Assembly (NCBI RefSeq): GCF_964355755.1
Contig: NC_092677.1
Location: 5,478,101-5,542,100 of the forward strand
DNA: 64,000 nt
From: Antedon mediterranea
Taxonomy: Eukaryota > Animalia > Echinodermata
Direction: 5' to 3'
The stretch's first letter is position 1; each line of letters begins with the position of its first letter. Both the position numbers and the translations under genes were made by a program. This document shows, piece by piece, positions 63,301 to 64,000 of the stretch. The notes under the pieces are model-generated. The model was not told the origin of the DNA. It worked only from the letters and a program-made list of their open reading frames with translations, and did not search any database.

Positions 63301-63598
63301 AGTGTTTTATTTAAGGAAAGTCGCTGCAACCTGTCAGTGTAACAAGCGCCTTTGAGATTTAACGTCACCAATATAGATTTTCTTTAAACGGGTATGGTAT
63401 GTTGGTAAGCCAACTGGATAGCAGAAGCTCATAAATCAAAAGATCAATTAAACCCACTATTAGTTACTAATGTGTCATACATTGGCCTACTGGGTGATTG
63501 GTTCGCCGCCAATATATAATTCTTACCTCCTCTGTTATAAATTGTTATTGCCGTTACACGATATACCTCTTCTAAGTCAATTTTCCACCATTGACTTC
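60304..63598 (-). CDS. F-type lectin (fucolectin/FTP) domain plus two EGF-like domains; 3' part of a gene whose 5' end lies beyond the last recognised exon
   Basis: Phase-1 exons: 63527-63598 (SQWWKIDLEEVYRVTAITIYNRG), 63030-63236 (DCCEQRMVGAVIRVG..RGQYVSV..LTICEIMIF), 62420-62470, 62029-62136, 61562-61672 (CSVMNGYCSHGC..CTCP..C), 60696-60806 (CNLAIGLCSHDC..CRCP..PDGITC), and a terminal exon 60304-60308 (D-stop). Confidence 0.8.
60981..61105. mobile_element. Short Harbinger-like MITE
   Basis: TAAGCTTGGTTCCAACTAG ... CTAGTGGGAACCACGCTTTA inverted ends. Confidence 0.55.
62158..62400 (+). repeat. About 120-bp intronic tandem duplication
   Basis: AATAGCA..ATTAATGTGACAAA..ATATTGTAATT..ATGTCCAG..TTGCATA occurs twice. 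Confidence 0.7.
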
Positions 63599-64000
63599 CT
63601 AAAAACAAATTGGATAGACGCTAATAATTAAACAAATCGAAAGTAATACACACACTGTATAACTATTCGATGATGTTATAAAAACTTGGCATAATGTTCG
63701 AAAAGAATGGGATTGTCTCCCGGTGTCACAAAATAAACATGAATATTCATTAGTCATATCAATAAGGTGTGCAGGCCCGTAGCCAGAATGCATCAGAGGG
63801 GGCTTTTCTTGACACCAAGTATTTTGCGAGCGCAGTGAGCAACTGTAGGCTGGTGGCCAGGGGGCCGCCAAGGGCCCCCGGTCGGGCTCTCAGAGCAATT
63901 TCGGTTGTTTTAATAAGCTTACAGAGACATTTTTTACCTACTAAAATCTGAGTTATGCAGAGAAATTATATAGTACAGTATTATGGAAGTTAGTAGTACT

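Overview
AT-rich, intron-rich animal genomic DNA, not prokaryotic; the gene and repeat content suggests a marine invertebrate, possibly an echinoderm (inference). Four spliced host genes were reconstructed by hand with consistent exon phases. (1) A + strand single-pass Ig-superfamily receptor (CDS from 2964 to about 37146): signal peptide, V-type and I-set domains, tandemly duplicated short Ig-like exons, a TM exon and alternative cytoplasmic tails. (2) A 21-exon WD40 protein of about 780 aa on the - strand (39828..53785). (3) XRCC1, 14 exons and about 598 aa (54001..60056, +), head-to-head with the WD40 gene with 215 bp between the ATGs. (4) The 3' part of an F-type lectin/EGF gene on the - strand, whose 3' end probably overlaps that of XRCC1. 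Introns are dense in transposons: a five-copy nest of non-autonomous Helentron-like elements (3212..10403), an intron-containing defective AcademX transposon with TIRs and an ATA TSD (13029..18548), a Kolobok-like element carrying a P-like MITE, several LINEs (one near full length), tRNA-derived SINEs and many MITEs. No CRISPR array, rRNA or credible tRNA gene was found. No database searches were run; family assignments come from recognised motifs and terminal structures.
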